Source: Deinococcota bacterium
GTDB taxonomy: Bacteria; Deinococcota; Deinococci; Deinococcales; Thermaceae
Direction of reading: 5' to 3'
DNA: 61,594 bases
Assembly: GCA_041695225.1 (NCBI GenBank)
Contig: JBGFRI010000021.1
Coordinates: 1 to 61,594, forward strand
Below, one piece after another: positions 1 through 11,482 of this stretch; the first letter of the stretch is position 1, and the number at the start of each line of letters is the position of its first letter. The translations under genes and the position numbers were made by a program. Under the pieces are notes generated by a model. It was not told the origin of the DNA. It did no database searches and was given only the letters and a program-made list of their open reading frames with translations.

Positions 1-58
<58 letters not shown>

Positions 59-190
59 TGCTCTTGCGAGCAGGAGTCTAAAGCTGATTGCTCATAAGTT
101 ATGACGTGGTAAAAACCACGTGTAAATCATGTTTTCTGCTGATCTTTCTTTGTCAAGATGCTTTGGCTGCCTGTAGGCAGCGCAACGAGA

Positions 191-219
191 AGTCTACCTA
201 CTACTCGGGGGGCTGTCAA
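191..219 (-). promoter_or_regulatory. sigma70-type rRNA promoter
   Basis: TTGACA (219-214), 17-nt spacer, TAGACT (196-191), upstream of 16S. The -35 overlaps the stop codon of the upstream protease gene. A second TTGACA lies at 156-151. Confidence 0.8.
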
Positions 220-1358
220 GCCCCAGACCGATCTGGAGTTTCTATCAGACTCATCTGTGCCGTGCGGAGTTGCAGCGCCCGCAACAGATCGGTCTTGCTC
301 AAGATGCCGATCAGGTTACCGTAAGTATCGGTGATGACCAGCCTGGAAAAACCCCGTTCGGCCATGCGCTGCAAAGCGTCTATTGCGGTGGTCTCTTCGT
401 CGGCATAGAGGGGAGTACGCATTCGCTCAGCCACGGTAGTGCTGGGCGAGACGTTTTGAAGCTCCTCGAGGCTAATTAGCCCCAGAATACGCCCGTTCTC
501 TACCACCGGATAGCCGACATGCCGTTCGAGGGTCATCTTTCTTAGCAGCTCGGCTACGCTCATGCTGGGGGGAACGGTACTAACCTGTCGGGTCATCAGG
601 TCGCGTACCAGCAGGCCCTCGAGGGTCTGGCTAAGGACGGTATGCTCGGCCTCGGCGCTGGCCGCCATAAAGATAAAAAATGCAATCAGAATCATGAAGA
701 GGTTGCCCAGGAGCAGACCTGCCAGGCCCAGCGCAAAGGCCAGAAGCTTGCTGATAGCTGTGGCAGTGCGGGTGGCCTCGAGGTGAGGGCGGTAGAGCGC
801 CAGCAGACTACGCAAAATCCGGCCGCCATCCAGCGGCAAGGCTGGCAGCAGGTTGAACAGGGCCAGCGCCAGGTTGATAAAGGCCAGGTAGCTGACTAAA
901 AACTGCCCGGTAATGGCCTCGGGTGGAACCAGCCCTCGCAGCAGGCCAAATAGCCCAGCCAGCGCCACGCTCACCACTGGGCCAGCAATAGCAATTACTG
1001 CCTCGGCTCCACGGGTGCGGGGCATCTGCTCGAGTTGAGCCACCCCACCCAGGAGCCACAGAGTGATCTCGCGGGTTTTAACCCCGTAGACCCTGGCCGC
1101 CATGGCATGGCCCAGCTCGTGGATTACTACGCTGATAAAAAGCCCCAGGGTGGCAATCAAGCCCAGGATGTAGGGCACTGCTCCCTGGAGCAGCTCGGGT
1201 GGGGCCTGAAGCTGAAACAAGCGCAGATAAACCGGGAGCTGACTGCCTATCAGAAAAGCAAACAGCGGCAGCACTATAAGGAAACTCAGGTCGAGCGAGA
1301 CCGGAATTCCCAGTAGCCGCAAGGGAAGCCGAATGGCCCGGGTGAACATGAAACCCAT
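216..1358 (-). CDS. Site-2 protease (M50 family) with C-terminal CBS domains
   Basis: HELGH zinc motif, NLLPALPLDGG motif, TM helices and a CBS pair. True start may be the ATG at 1349. Confidence 0.92.
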   Translation of the reverse strand: MGFMFTRAIRLPLRLLGIPVSLDLSFLIVLPLFAFLIGSQLPVYLRLFQLQAPPELLQGAVPYILGLIATLGLFISVVIHELGHAMAARVYGVKTREITLWLLGGVAQLEQMPRTRGAEAVIAIAGPVVSVALAGLFGLLRGLVPPEAITGQFLVSYLAFINLALALFNLLPALPLDGGRILRSLLALYRPHLEATRTATAISKLLAFALGLAGLLLGNLFMILIAFFIFMAASAEAEHTVLSQTLEGLLVRDLMTRQVSTVPPSMSVAELLRKMTLERHVGYPVVENGRILGLISLEELQNVSPSTTVAERMRTPLYADEETTAIDALQRMAERGFSRLVITDTYGNLIGILSKTDLLRALQLRTAQMSLIETPDRSGA

Positions 1359-1398
1359 GCTACACCCGGGCCAGACCGCCTATGTGAGACAGCTTCTT

Positions 1399-2346
1399 TT
1401 ACCGCACCCAGATACCCCGGGGCCATTCAAACTGGTTGGCGCCAGCGCCACGGGCGCCTAAGGTAACCCAGCCCGCCCCGGTCATGTCGTTCATGCGGGC
1501 GATGCGGTGGTTTATATCTGCCACGTATATCCGGCCTTCTCCGTCTACCGAGATGCCCCAGGGCCAGTTGAACTGGCCTTGGCCGGAGCCACGGGTACCA
1601 AAGGCTACCCAGCCTGCCCCGGTCATATCGGTTATCCGTACAATGCGGTGATTTATACTGTCGGTGATGTAGATCCGGCCGGCCCCGTCCACGAAGACAC
1701 CCCGCGGATAGAAGAACTGACCGGCCTCGCCGCCCCTGGCGCCAAAGGCTGTCCAGCCTGCGCCAGTCATATCGTTTATTCTCACGATACGGTGGTTGCC
1801 GCTATCGGTAATGTAGATCCGGCCTGCTGGGTCTACAAACATCCCCCGCGGCCAGTTGAACTGACCGTCGCCGTCGCCCCTGGCGCCAAAGGCCGTCCAG
1901 CCCGCTCCGGTCATGTCGTCCATCTGCACGATACGGTTGTTGCCGGTGTCCACTACGAAGATGCGGCCTGCTTCATTTACAAAGATGCCCCAGGGCATGA
2001 AAAACTGCCCCTGACCGCTACCCCTGGCGCCAAAGGCTACCCAACCGGCCCCCGCAATATTGTTGATGCGCACGATGCGATGATTCCAGCTATCTACGAT
2101 GTAAATCCGGCCCTCCCGGTCAACTGCCACAGCTCGGGGCCAGCTAAACTGATTGGTACCGCTGCCGCGACTGCCAAAGGCTGCCCAGCCTGCCCCGGTC
2201 ATGTCATTCATGCGCACAATGCGGTGGTTGTCGCCATCTGCCACAAAGATGTTTGGTGCGGCTAAGGCGACAGGCAGAGCTCCAAATAGCAGTCCTATGA
2301 CCCCCAGTAACAACCCTTTTGAGACTACCCAGAACCTCTTATTCAT
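1399..2346 (-). CDS. Secreted NHL-repeat beta-propeller protein
   Basis: Signal peptide followed by ~6-7 near-identical 44-aa repeats (GQFxxPxGIxVDxxGRIYIxDSxNHRIVR). Confidence 0.9.
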   Translation of the reverse strand: MNKRFWVVSKGLLLGVIGLLFGALPVALAAPNIFVADGDNHRIVRMNDMTGAGWAAFGSRGSGTNQFSWPRAVAVDREGRIYIVDSWNHRIVRINNIAGAGWVAFGARGSGQGQFFMPWGIFVNEAGRIFVVDTGNNRIVQMDDMTGAGWTAFGARGDGDGQFNWPRGMFVDPAGRIYITDSGNHRIVRINDMTGAGWTAFGARGGEAGQFFYPRGVFVDGAGRIYITDSINHRIVRITDMTGAGWVAFGTRGSGQGQFNWPWGISVDGEGRIYVADINHRIARMNDMTGAGWVTLGARGAGANQFEWPRGIWVR

Positions 2347-2478
2347 CAGACACCTCTTCCCCGCAGATGAGCCAGGATGTGCATTACAGCTTTACTACCG
2401 CCGTAAAGTTTACGCAATTGCTAGCTATCTCACATAGGGACGATAGTCCTGTGGAGACCTGCGAGTAGAATCGAAGAG

Positions 2479-3282
2479 ATGCGGCTGGTGCTGGTTCCCA
2501 CCCCTATCGGCAACCTCGAGGACATCACCCTGCGGGCAATTCGGGCGTTGAGAGAAGCCGAGGCGGTGGGCTGCGAAGATACCCGGCGCACCGGCATTCT
2601 GCTCAAGCACTTTGGCATCTCCAGGCCCATGATTCGTCTTGACCAGCACACCGTGGCCAACGCCAAGCGGCTCTTGCAGGGCTACAAACAGGTAGCTTAT
2701 GTGACCGATGCGGGCACCCCTGGTATTTCGGACCCAGGAGCCGAGCTGGTAGCGCTGGCCCTGAAAGAAGGCTGGAAGCTGGAGGTACTGCCGGGCGCCA
2801 CGGCGCTGATTCCGGCTCTGGTAGCCTCGGGCCTGCCCGCCGCCCGCTTTGCCTTTGAAGGGTTCTTGCCCCAGAAGAGTTCGGAGCGCAAGGAGCGGCT
2901 GGAACAAATCGCCATCGGCCGGACGGTTGTGCTCTACGAGGCGCCCCATCGCCTGCGCGACACTCTCCAGGACCTCATAAATCAATTTGGCCCCCAGCAC
3001 CCGGCTGCCCTGGCGCGTGAACTATCCAAGCTGCATGAAGAGATCTGGCGCGGCAGTCTGGGTGAGGCACTGGAGTATTTCCAGGAGCCCAGAGGGGAGT
3101 TTGTGCTGGTACTAGGGCCAAAGGAGCCCAGGCTCGAGGGCCGGGGGCCAAGCGCCGAAGAGCTGCTAACGCAGCTCAAGGGACAGGGGCTCAAAGGCAA
3201 AGAGCTGGTCAAAGCCTTGACCGCGGCGGGAGTTCCCCGCAACCAGGCCTATGCGCTGGCCCACACACCGGATCAGAAGTGA
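2479..3282 (+). CDS. rsmI: 16S rRNA (C1402-2'-O)-methyltransferase
   Basis: PTPIGNLEDIT, CEDTR, DAGTPGISDPG and RELSKLHEE motifs. Confidence 0.95.
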   Translation: MRLVLVPTPIGNLEDITLRAIRALREAEAVGCEDTRRTGILLKHFGISRPMIRLDQHTVANAKRLLQGYKQVAYVTDAGTPGISDPGAELVALALKEGWKLEVLPGATALIPALVASGLPAARFAFEGFLPQKSSERKERLEQIAIGRTVVLYEAPHRLRDTLQDLINQFGPQHPAALARELSKLHEEIWRGSLGEALEYFQEPRGEFVLVLGPKEPRLEGRGPSAEELLTQLKGQGLKGKELVKALTAAGVPRNQAYALAHTPDQK

Positions 3283-3453
3283 CGGGGTCTTTCGGCAGCC
3301 TGGTTTTAAGTTTTGTACAGTACCGGGTGACCCAGCGGAACGATTGAAGGACACTGTGTGGCGCAAGCACTACCTTTCTGAGTAGACTAACTGGCGGTTT
3401 TTGGCCTTTGGATGTATAGAGTAGGGCAGGTTTTTCTGGTGGAGCGGGATTTG

Positions 3454-4422
3454 ATGAAGCGAATAGCGGTTTTTACCAGTGGAGGCGATGCACCCGGCAT
3501 GAATGCGGCCATCCGCGCGATTGTTCGCAATAGCGTGGCCCACGGTCTGGAGGTCATTGGTATAAGAGGCGGCTACCAGGGCATGATTGAGGGCGACTTT
3601 GTGCCGATGGGGCCGCGCGATGTGGCCAATACCTTGCAGCGCGGCGGCACCATCCTGCTAACCGCCCGCAGCAAGGAGTTCATGACTTCTGAAGGCCGGG
3701 CCAGGGCCGCAGCAAATCTGAAAAAGGCCGGTATCGAAGGGGTAATTGCCATTGGTGGCAACGGCACCTATGCCGGGGCGGCCAGGTTGATGGCCGAACA
3801 CCATATCCGGGTGGTAGGCGCGCCGGGAACAATTGACAACGACCTCTATGGCACCGACTACACTATCGGTTTCGACACTGCGGTTAACACGGCTCTGGAC
3901 GCCATTGACCGTATTCGCGATACGGCCGCCAGCCACTCGAGGGTCTTCTTTATCGAGGTGATGGGCCGCGATGCTGGTTTTATTGCCCTGGAAGTGGGAA
4001 TTGCTGGCGGAGCGGAAGTTATTGTCCTGCCCGAGGATCCAATCAGTGCCCAGATGTGCGCCGAGGTGATTGCCGACTCGGCAGCAAAGGGCAAAAAGTC
4101 GTCCATTGTGGTGGTGGCCGAGGGTGGTTACGAAGGGGGCGCGGTTGCCCTGGCTAACGATGTGCACCAGCACTCGAGCATCGAGAGTAAGGTCACGGTG
4201 CTGGGCCACATCCAGCGCGGAGGCAGCCCCACCGCCAAAGACCGTGTGCTGGCCAGCCGCCTGGGTGCGGCCTGTGTAGAAGCCTTGCTCAGCGGGGCCA
4301 GCGGGGTGGCGGTTGGCGAGGTCAACGATGAAATTCGCCTCACGCCCTTCAAGGAAGCCATCGAAAAACGCAAGGACATCAACCGCAAGAAATACGAGAT
4401 GGCCAGGGTGCTGGCCTTGTAA
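3454..4422 (+). CDS. pfkA: 6-phosphofructokinase
   Basis: TSGGDAPGMNA, GTIDND, EVMGR and LGHIQRGG motifs. Start set at MKRIAV. Confidence 0.96.
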   Translation: MKRIAVFTSGGDAPGMNAAIRAIVRNSVAHGLEVIGIRGGYQGMIEGDFVPMGPRDVANTLQRGGTILLTARSKEFMTSEGRARAAANLKKAGIEGVIAIGGNGTYAGAARLMAEHHIRVVGAPGTIDNDLYGTDYTIGFDTAVNTALDAIDRIRDTAASHSRVFFIEVMGRDAGFIALEVGIAGGAEVIVLPEDPISAQMCAEVIADSAAKGKKSSIVVVAEGGYEGGAVALANDVHQHSSIESKVTVLGHIQRGGSPTAKDRVLASRLGAACVEALLSGASGVAVGEVNDEIRLTPFKEAIEKRKDINRKKYEMARVLAL

Positions 4423-4441
4423 AAGGTGCTACCATACAGTC

Positions 4442-4771
4442 ATGGCGCTGGTGTTTGAACCCTTGAGACTGCCTCTCACTACCGATGATCAAGGCGAGGT
4501 TCGGGTGAAGGGGACTCGAGTTCCCCTGCAATACCTGGTTTACGACTACCGCAATGGTGCAACAGCTGAAGATATAGTTTCCAACTATCCCACCCTGAAC
4601 TTGGCAGATGTTTATGCGGTGCTGAGCTTTTATCTTGCTCATCAGGCCGAGGTAGATGCTTATGTGCAAGAGCGAGCCACTGCTGCTCAAGGGCTTAAGC
4701 GGGCTATTGAGGCCCATTTCCCGCAAAAGGGAATTCGAGACCGTTTACTGGCCCGTCTGGAACAAAAATGA
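4442..4771 (+). CDS. DUF433 family antitoxin-like protein
   Basis: RVKGTRVP...GATAEDIVSNYPTL signature; overlaps the downstream PIN gene. Confidence 0.85.
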   Translation: MALVFEPLRLPLTTDDQGEVRVKGTRVPLQYLVYDYRNGATAEDIVSNYPTLNLADVYAVLSFYLAHQAEVDAYVQERATAAQGLKRAIEAHFPQKGIRDRLLARLEQK

Positions 4772-5115
4772 AGTATCTGTTGGATGAACACGTCAACCCC
4801 GCTATCCGGCGGGGTTTGCTGCGCGCAAACCCTTATATGGAAGTCATAGAGGTAAGCCAGCACATGCCAGGAGCCTCAGATCCTGAGCTTATCGCATGGG
4901 CTACGGCCCAAGGCTACATTTTGGTTACTAAAGACGTAAACACACTGGTGGGAGTCGCCTATGCACGCATCCTGGATGGCATACACACCGAAGGAGTTTT
5001 GGTATTGCGACAGGATGCAACTATTGGCGCGGTAATCCGGGACTTACTGCTGATCGCGGCCACCAGCCAGACCAACGAATGGGCCAATCAGGTGGTCTAC
5101 ATCCCTCTGAACTGA
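4768..5115 (+). CDS. DUF5615 PIN-like toxin
   Basis: YLLDEHV...GASDPELIAWA...ILVTKD; paired with DUF433. Confidence 0.85.
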   Translation: MKYLLDEHVNPAIRRGLLRANPYMEVIEVSQHMPGASDPELIAWATAQGYILVTKDVNTLVGVAYARILDGIHTEGVLVLRQDATIGAVIRDLLLIAATSQTNEWANQVVYIPLN

Positions 5116-5207
5116 TCAAGGACTTTTCTTGGGTAAGTCGGCCCTGCAAGCAGTTCGGTCACCTGGATTACGGCGCAGTTGAGCAATTTTTGTCAGGATA
5201 GCGGGGT

Positions 5208-5765
5208 ATGAGTCAAAACCTGGAAGTCGCAACCCTGGGAGGCGGGTGTTTTTGGTGCCTGGAGGCGGTTTTCGACGAGCTAGAAGGCGTGGTGGAGGTG
5301 GTTTCGGGGTACTCGGGGGGGCATCTGGTCAACCCTAGCTACCAGGAAGTGTGCGGCCAACAGACCGGTCATGCCGAGGTGGTGCAGATCACCTTCGACC
5401 CCAGGGTGATCTCTTACCGGGAAATCCTGGAAATATTCTTCACCATTCACGACCCCACCACCCCCAACCGCCAGGGAAACGATCTGGGTCCGCAGTACCG
5501 CTCAGTTATTTTTTATCACTCACGCGAACAAAAAGCGCTGGCCCAGGAGGTGATGCACGCCCTTACCCAGGCCAGGGTCTGGGATAACCCTATCGTGACC
5601 GAGCTAACTGCCTTCGACAGGTTTTATCCCGCCGAGGACTACCACCAGGAATACTTCAGGCGCAACCCCAGCCAGCCCTACTGTGCTATTGTGGTCGGCC
5701 CCAAGGTTGCCAAGTTTCGTAAGCAGTACTCTGGCAGGCTCAAAAAGAACCGCCTGGCAGGCTAG
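5208..5765 (+). CDS. msrA: Peptide methionine sulfoxide reductase A
   Basis: GGGCFWC, GHAEVV and AEDYHQ motifs. Confidence 0.96.
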   Translation: MSQNLEVATLGGGCFWCLEAVFDELEGVVEVVSGYSGGHLVNPSYQEVCGQQTGHAEVVQITFDPRVISYREILEIFFTIHDPTTPNRQGNDLGPQYRSVIFYHSREQKALAQEVMHALTQARVWDNPIVTELTAFDRFYPAEDYHQEYFRRNPSQPYCAIVVGPKVAKFRKQYSGRLKKNRLAG

Positions 5766-5906
5766 GGTATGGTTGGGCCGGACCCATGAACCTCCAGAAC
5801 CTAACTTCGGGGAGCACAACCTTGAGGATGCAGCGACTGGTGCAGGCCCCTTCCGCGTTAGCAGGGTGCAGCTTCAGGTGGCTTTTGCGGTAGACTCATC
5901 AAGCGG

Positions 5907-6530
5907 ATGGTGAAGAACAAAGGCAGATATTATGTGGTCTGGAAAGGTCGCAAAACCGGCGTATTCTCTTCCTGGCTCGAGGCCGAGGCCCAGGTCGGGG
6001 GTTTTGTGGGGGCCCAGTTCAAGGCTTTTGCATCTCTGGACGAGGCCAGGCGGGCTTTTGTGGGGAAGTACAGGGACTATTTAGGCCAGAAACCCAGCCA
6101 GGGCAGGCTTTTAGGTTTGCCTGCGCCGCTCACTCCCAGCTTTTGTGTCGATGCAGCCTGCAGCGGCAACCCCGGCCGGCTGGAGTATCGTTGTGTAGAT
6201 ACCGCTACGGGCGAGGAAATCTTCCGCCGTGGGCCGTTTGCTCAGGGAACCAACAACGTAGGGGAGTTTTTGGCCATTGTCGAAGCCCTGATGCTGTGCC
6301 AGCAGGATGGTCTGGCCTGGCCCATCTACTCCGACTCGGTGAATGCTATCTCCTGGGTGAAAGCCCGGAAGGCCCGCACCAAGCTGGCGCCCAGTCCGCA
6401 GAATGCCGAGCTTTTTGCCCGCATCGCCCAGGCCGAAGCCTGGTTAAAATCCCACACCTATCCCAACCAGGTGCTCAAATGGCAGACCGAGAGCTGGGGA
6501 GAGAACCCGGCCGATTTTGGCAGAAAATAG
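5907..6530 (+). CDS. rnhA: Ribonuclease HI with N-terminal hybrid-binding domain
   Basis: YYVVWKGRKTG N-domain; VDAACSGNPG, TNNVGEF, YSDS and ADFGRK motifs. Confidence 0.9.
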   Translation: MVKNKGRYYVVWKGRKTGVFSSWLEAEAQVGGFVGAQFKAFASLDEARRAFVGKYRDYLGQKPSQGRLLGLPAPLTPSFCVDAACSGNPGRLEYRCVDTATGEEIFRRGPFAQGTNNVGEFLAIVEALMLCQQDGLAWPIYSDSVNAISWVKARKARTKLAPSPQNAELFARIAQAEAWLKSHTYPNQVLKWQTESWGENPADFGRK

Positions 6531-6612
6531 CGCGCGGTCTCAAGTCTCAGGTCGCAGGTCTCAAGTCTTTTGACCTGCGACCTGTGACCTGCGCCTTCTT
6601 TCATGCAGCCCA

Positions 6613-7101
6613 CTACTGCTGGCTTACCTGCGGTAGCAGGGCTGCTTTTAGCACCGGGTTGCTGGCGGCCCAGTTGAACAGGGGCCGGGCGAAGGGGCTG
6701 CTTACGATGCCGTCCCTCACACCGGAAGGAAGCTGCTCCGATGGGTAGCGCAAGGCCCCGGTGGAGGCCACAAACTCGCTGGGAAAGCTAACCCAGATGG
6801 TGAAGGCCAGAAACAGGCCCCAGAAAAACCCCCCGATACCGCCTATGGCCCCCTCGAGGGCGGGGGTCAGGTGGGTGAGCGGAATGAAGCGGGCCAGATA
6901 AGCCATGGCCAGGCCCAGGGCCATGGCCAGCAAGGGCAGGGCAAAACCCGGAACGAAAGGAGCGATCAGAGAGGCCAGCAATATGTATGCCAGCAGCGCA
7001 GGAACCACGGCCAGGGTGAAAGGCACCCCCTGGCGTATGCCCAGCGCCAGGGCCGCCGAGAGGACAAAGAGGGCCATCAGATCGAGCCAGCTTAGCATCA
7101 A
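6613..7101 (-). CDS. Membrane protein, possibly CvpA-like
   Basis: Four hydrophobic segments; WLD...LGIRQG N-terminus. Confidence 0.6.
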   Translation of the reverse strand: MMLSWLDLMALFVLSAALALGIRQGVPFTLAVVPALLAYILLASLIAPFVPGFALPLLAMALGLAMAYLARFIPLTHLTPALEGAIGGIGGFFWGLFLAFTIWVSFPSEFVASTGALRYPSEQLPSGVRDGIVSSPFARPLFNWAASNPVLKAALLPQVSQQ

Positions 7102-7451
7102 AGCGGAGTATAACCGCCCATAACTCCCCTAAAGAGCAAATTTGACCAAGGCTTATCAAGCAGTCGGGTAAGGCTGGTTCCTGGGGCGAAGCTGGCCTTT
7201 AGAGAGGGCCAGAAGTCTAGGGCCAGGTGCAAAATCCCTGTGAGGGCGTAGCCAGGCGTGGAGGGTGCTCTGGAACTAAGTTTTTGTTAAGTTAATAAGC
7301 GAGCTGCAACCGGTAAAGCAAACCTGTCTCTTCGGAACGCTTAGCCCAGGTCTGGAGGCCGTAGGGCATGCGCCTGAGGTGGCAGGTCTGAGGGGCCAAC
7401 AGCAGAACTGGCCCCACAGATGAGTCGCTTTAGATCGCCGAAAGCCGCTTG

Positions 7452-9848
7452 CTACCTGCGGATTGCGAAGCCGCTGCTTTCAATTGTATTGATGATGTTT
7501 TGCATGAGGCCATCGGTCTCGGGGTCGGTCAGGGTGCGCTCCTGGTGGCGGAAGGTCAGGTGGAAGGCCAGGCTTTTTTCTCCTTCCGAGAGCGGCCTAC
7601 CCCGGTACACATCGAATATTTCCAGCTGCTCGAGGTGTTTGCCTGCGGAGGAGCGGATTAACCCTTCTACCTGGGCATATGGGGTGTGCTCGGGCACCAC
7701 CACCGCCAGGTCGCGAATCGAGGCTGGGTACTTGGCGATGTCGGAGAAAGTAACGGGTCCTCTGCTGAGCGGGAGCGCCAGTTCAAAAAGGAAGACCTGG
7801 GGACGATCCCCATCGGGACGGGCCGCGGCCCGTGCGCCGCCGGGTAGCTCCAGGGCCGCCATGATGGCCGGGTGCAGGGCGCCGATATGCCCGGCCTTCT
7901 GGCCGTTCCAGTAGACTGCTCCGCTAATGCCAGGGTGCAGGTAGGGCTGGGCTTCTTGCTCGACCCTTACCCGGCTGCCCAGGTTTTGCGCCGCGGTCTG
8001 AAGGAGGCCTTTGAGAGCAAAAAAACCACCCCCCAGGCCAGGCTGCCAGTATCCGCGCACGGCCTCGCCCACCATCAGGGCGGCCAGATGGGCGGTCTCG
8101 GTCTGCTGGAAGACGTTGCCAACTTCGAAGAGCAGAAAGGGCCCGCTCTCGGCCTGGGCCAGGGCGGTATGCAGGTTTTTTAGCAGGCCGGGGTAGAGCG
8201 CGGTGCGCAGGGCGGTACGGTCGGGGGTTTGCGGGTTTTGCATGAAGACGGTGGGCGCAGGAGCCCGCATCAGGGCGCACTCCTCCGGCGACGACCAGGA
8301 GTAGTTGATCACCTCCTGGAAGCCCAGACCCGCCAGAACCTGCTGCAGTCTCTCGAGGGCCTCATAGAGTTCATCCACCCCCAGGTTGTCGGGATGGGGA
8401 AAAAAGCTGGGCAGGGTGATGGGAATCTGGTCGTACCCCACGATGCGGGCCACCTCCTCGACCAGGTCTTCCTCGATGGCCAGGTCTACCCGGTGGCTGG
8501 GAGGTGTGACCTCAAAGTTTCCGGCTTCCAATCGGGGCTCGACCTTGCAGCCCAGCCGGCGCAACACCGCCAGCTGTTCGGTTTCGTGGTAGGCCATCCC
8601 CATCAGGCGGGAGGTGTGGGCTGGACGAAACGCGATGGGACTGGGGGGCCGGGTGTGGTTGAGGTCAATGCGGTCGCGGGCGACCTGGACTCCTCCACCG
8701 GACCAGGTCTGCAACAATTCCATGAAACGATCGGCGGCTCTTAGCTGGCCATCCGGGTCTACCCCGCGCTCGAAGCGGTAGGAAGCCTCGGTTTTGAGAC
8801 CCTGGCGCTTAGCCGTGCGGCGCACCATTACTGGGTCGAAGTGGGCCACCTCGAGGGCTACCTCGGTGGTGCTGGGGCGGATTTCGTCATCGGCCCCGCC
8901 CATCACCCCAGCGAGCCCCGCCGGGCGGGTAAGGCTATTATCCCTGACCGTGATCAGCAGGTCGCGCTGGTCTAGCGTTCGCTCCTGTCCGTCCAGGGTG
9001 ACCAGTGTTTCGCCTGGTCTGGCCCGGCGCACCACCAGCCCCTGGCGGATGTAGCTGGCATCGTAGGCGTGCATGGGGCTGCCCAACTCCAGCATGGCGT
9101 AGTTGGTGGCGTCTACCACGTTGGAGATGGGGCGCATCCCGGCAGCATACAGGCGGCGCTGCACCCAGAGCGGGCTGGGCCCCACCCGGATGCCCCGGGC
9201 ATACGACAGGGTAAAGCGCGAGCAGTCCTGGGTATCCTCGAGCCAGACCTGGAAAGGCAGGGTAATCGGGGTGGTGTTGGGCCTGGGGTCGGGGTGGTTC
9301 AGGGTCATGCCCAGCGCGGCCAGATCCCGCGCCACCCCGTAGACCGAGAGCCAGTCCGGGCGGTTGGGGGTGATCTCGATCTCGAGCACCTCGTCCGGGC
9401 TCCAGACCTCGGCCAGCGGCGTGCCGGGGGGCAGTGCATCCGGCGGGAGTTCCATCAAGCCGCCGGCGTACTCGCCCACCTCGAGCTCCCTGGCCGAAAG
9501 GGCCATTCCGAAAGACTCTACCCCGGCAATTGTGCGCAGGCCCAGCTCGGTGCCATCCGGCAGCACTGCACCCGGCAGGGCCAGCACTACCCCCATACCC
9601 GCCCGGGTGTTGGGCGCACCCGAGACCACCTGTACCTCCCGCCCGATGTCCAGGGTGAGCTTGCGTAACTCCTTGCCCTCGAGGTCTTCAACCTGTCGCA
9701 CCCTGGCAAAGACAATTTTGCCGTGCGGGACGGCAAGCGACCGGATGGCCTCGGTCTCGATGCCCAGCCCCGCCAGCAGCTCTTCCAGGCAGCTGGGGTG
9801 GGGCGCCTCGGGCAGGAATTCTTTGAGCCAGCTATAGACGATTTTCAT
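7452..9848 (-). CDS. pheT: Phenylalanyl-tRNA synthetase beta subunit (with 14-aa in-frame insertion)
   Basis: ITPNRPD, RFERGVD and DLVEEVARIVGY motifs; FDX-ACB C-terminus. Confidence 0.97.
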   Translation of the reverse strand: MKIVYSWLKEFLPEAPHPSCLEELLAGLGIETEAIRSLAVPHGKIVFARVRQVEDLEGKELRKLTLDIGREVQVVSGAPNTRAGMGVVLALPGAVLPDGTELGLRTIAGVESFGMALSARELEVGEYAGGLMELPPDALPPGTPLAEVWSPDEVLEIEITPNRPDWLSVYGVARDLAALGMTLNHPDPRPNTTPITLPFQVWLEDTQDCSRFTLSYARGIRVGPSPLWVQRRLYAAGMRPISNVVDATNYAMLELGSPMHAYDASYIRQGLVVRRARPGETLVTLDGQERTLDQRDLLITVRDNSLTRPAGLAGVMGGADDEIRPSTTEVALEVAHFDPVMVRRTAKRQGLKTEASYRFERGVDPDGQLRAADRFMELLQTWSGGGVQVARDRIDLNHTRPPSPIAFRPAHTSRLMGMAYHETEQLAVLRRLGCKVEPRLEAGNFEVTPPSHRVDLAIEEDLVEEVARIVGYDQIPITLPSFFPHPDNLGVDELYEALERLQQVLAGLGFQEVINYSWSSPEECALMRAPAPTVFMQNPQTPDRTALRTALYPGLLKNLHTALAQAESGPFLLFEVGNVFQQTETAHLAALMVGEAVRGYWQPGLGGGFFALKGLLQTAAQNLGSRVRVEQEAQPYLHPGISGAVYWNGQKAGHIGALHPAIMAALELPGGARAAARPDGDRPQVFLFELALPLSRGPVTFSDIAKYPASIRDLAVVVPEHTPYAQVEGLIRSSAGKHLEQLEIFDVYRGRPLSEGEKSLAFHLTFRHQERTLTDPETDGLMQNIINTIESSGFAIRR

Positions 9849-9920
9849 GAATAAACCTCGCTAAAAGCCTTTTTTATGCTGTCGGCTATGGACTATAGAC
9901 TATAGACCATTGGCTATCGC

Positions 9921-11209
<1,289 letters not shown>

Positions 11210-11482
11210 TCTGCCTTAAAGTCTAAGCGCTGGCCGGCCAAAACTCAAGGGTAAGTGGGGTAGGTTTGATCGGATTAGATCTCAAAGACAAATACCTGGA
11301 TTAGCGGCTCTTCCCGATCCTGTGGGGGATTTATGCGCCAAAGATAACATCTGCAAATCAAATAATAACACAGAACCCCGCAACCACAGAGTGCAGTGTT
11401 GTAGCAGTTCCACAAATCGGTGTTAACTTTTGGTAGAAGCCAGAATGGAGCAGCAACTATCTGGGAATCGGCCTGAGCGCCC

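Noticed and set aside
7310..7380. c-di-GMP-I riboswitch-like GCAAACC...GGAACGC
   Set aside because: It lacks the GNRA tetraloop and receptor and is not upstream of a same-strand gene.
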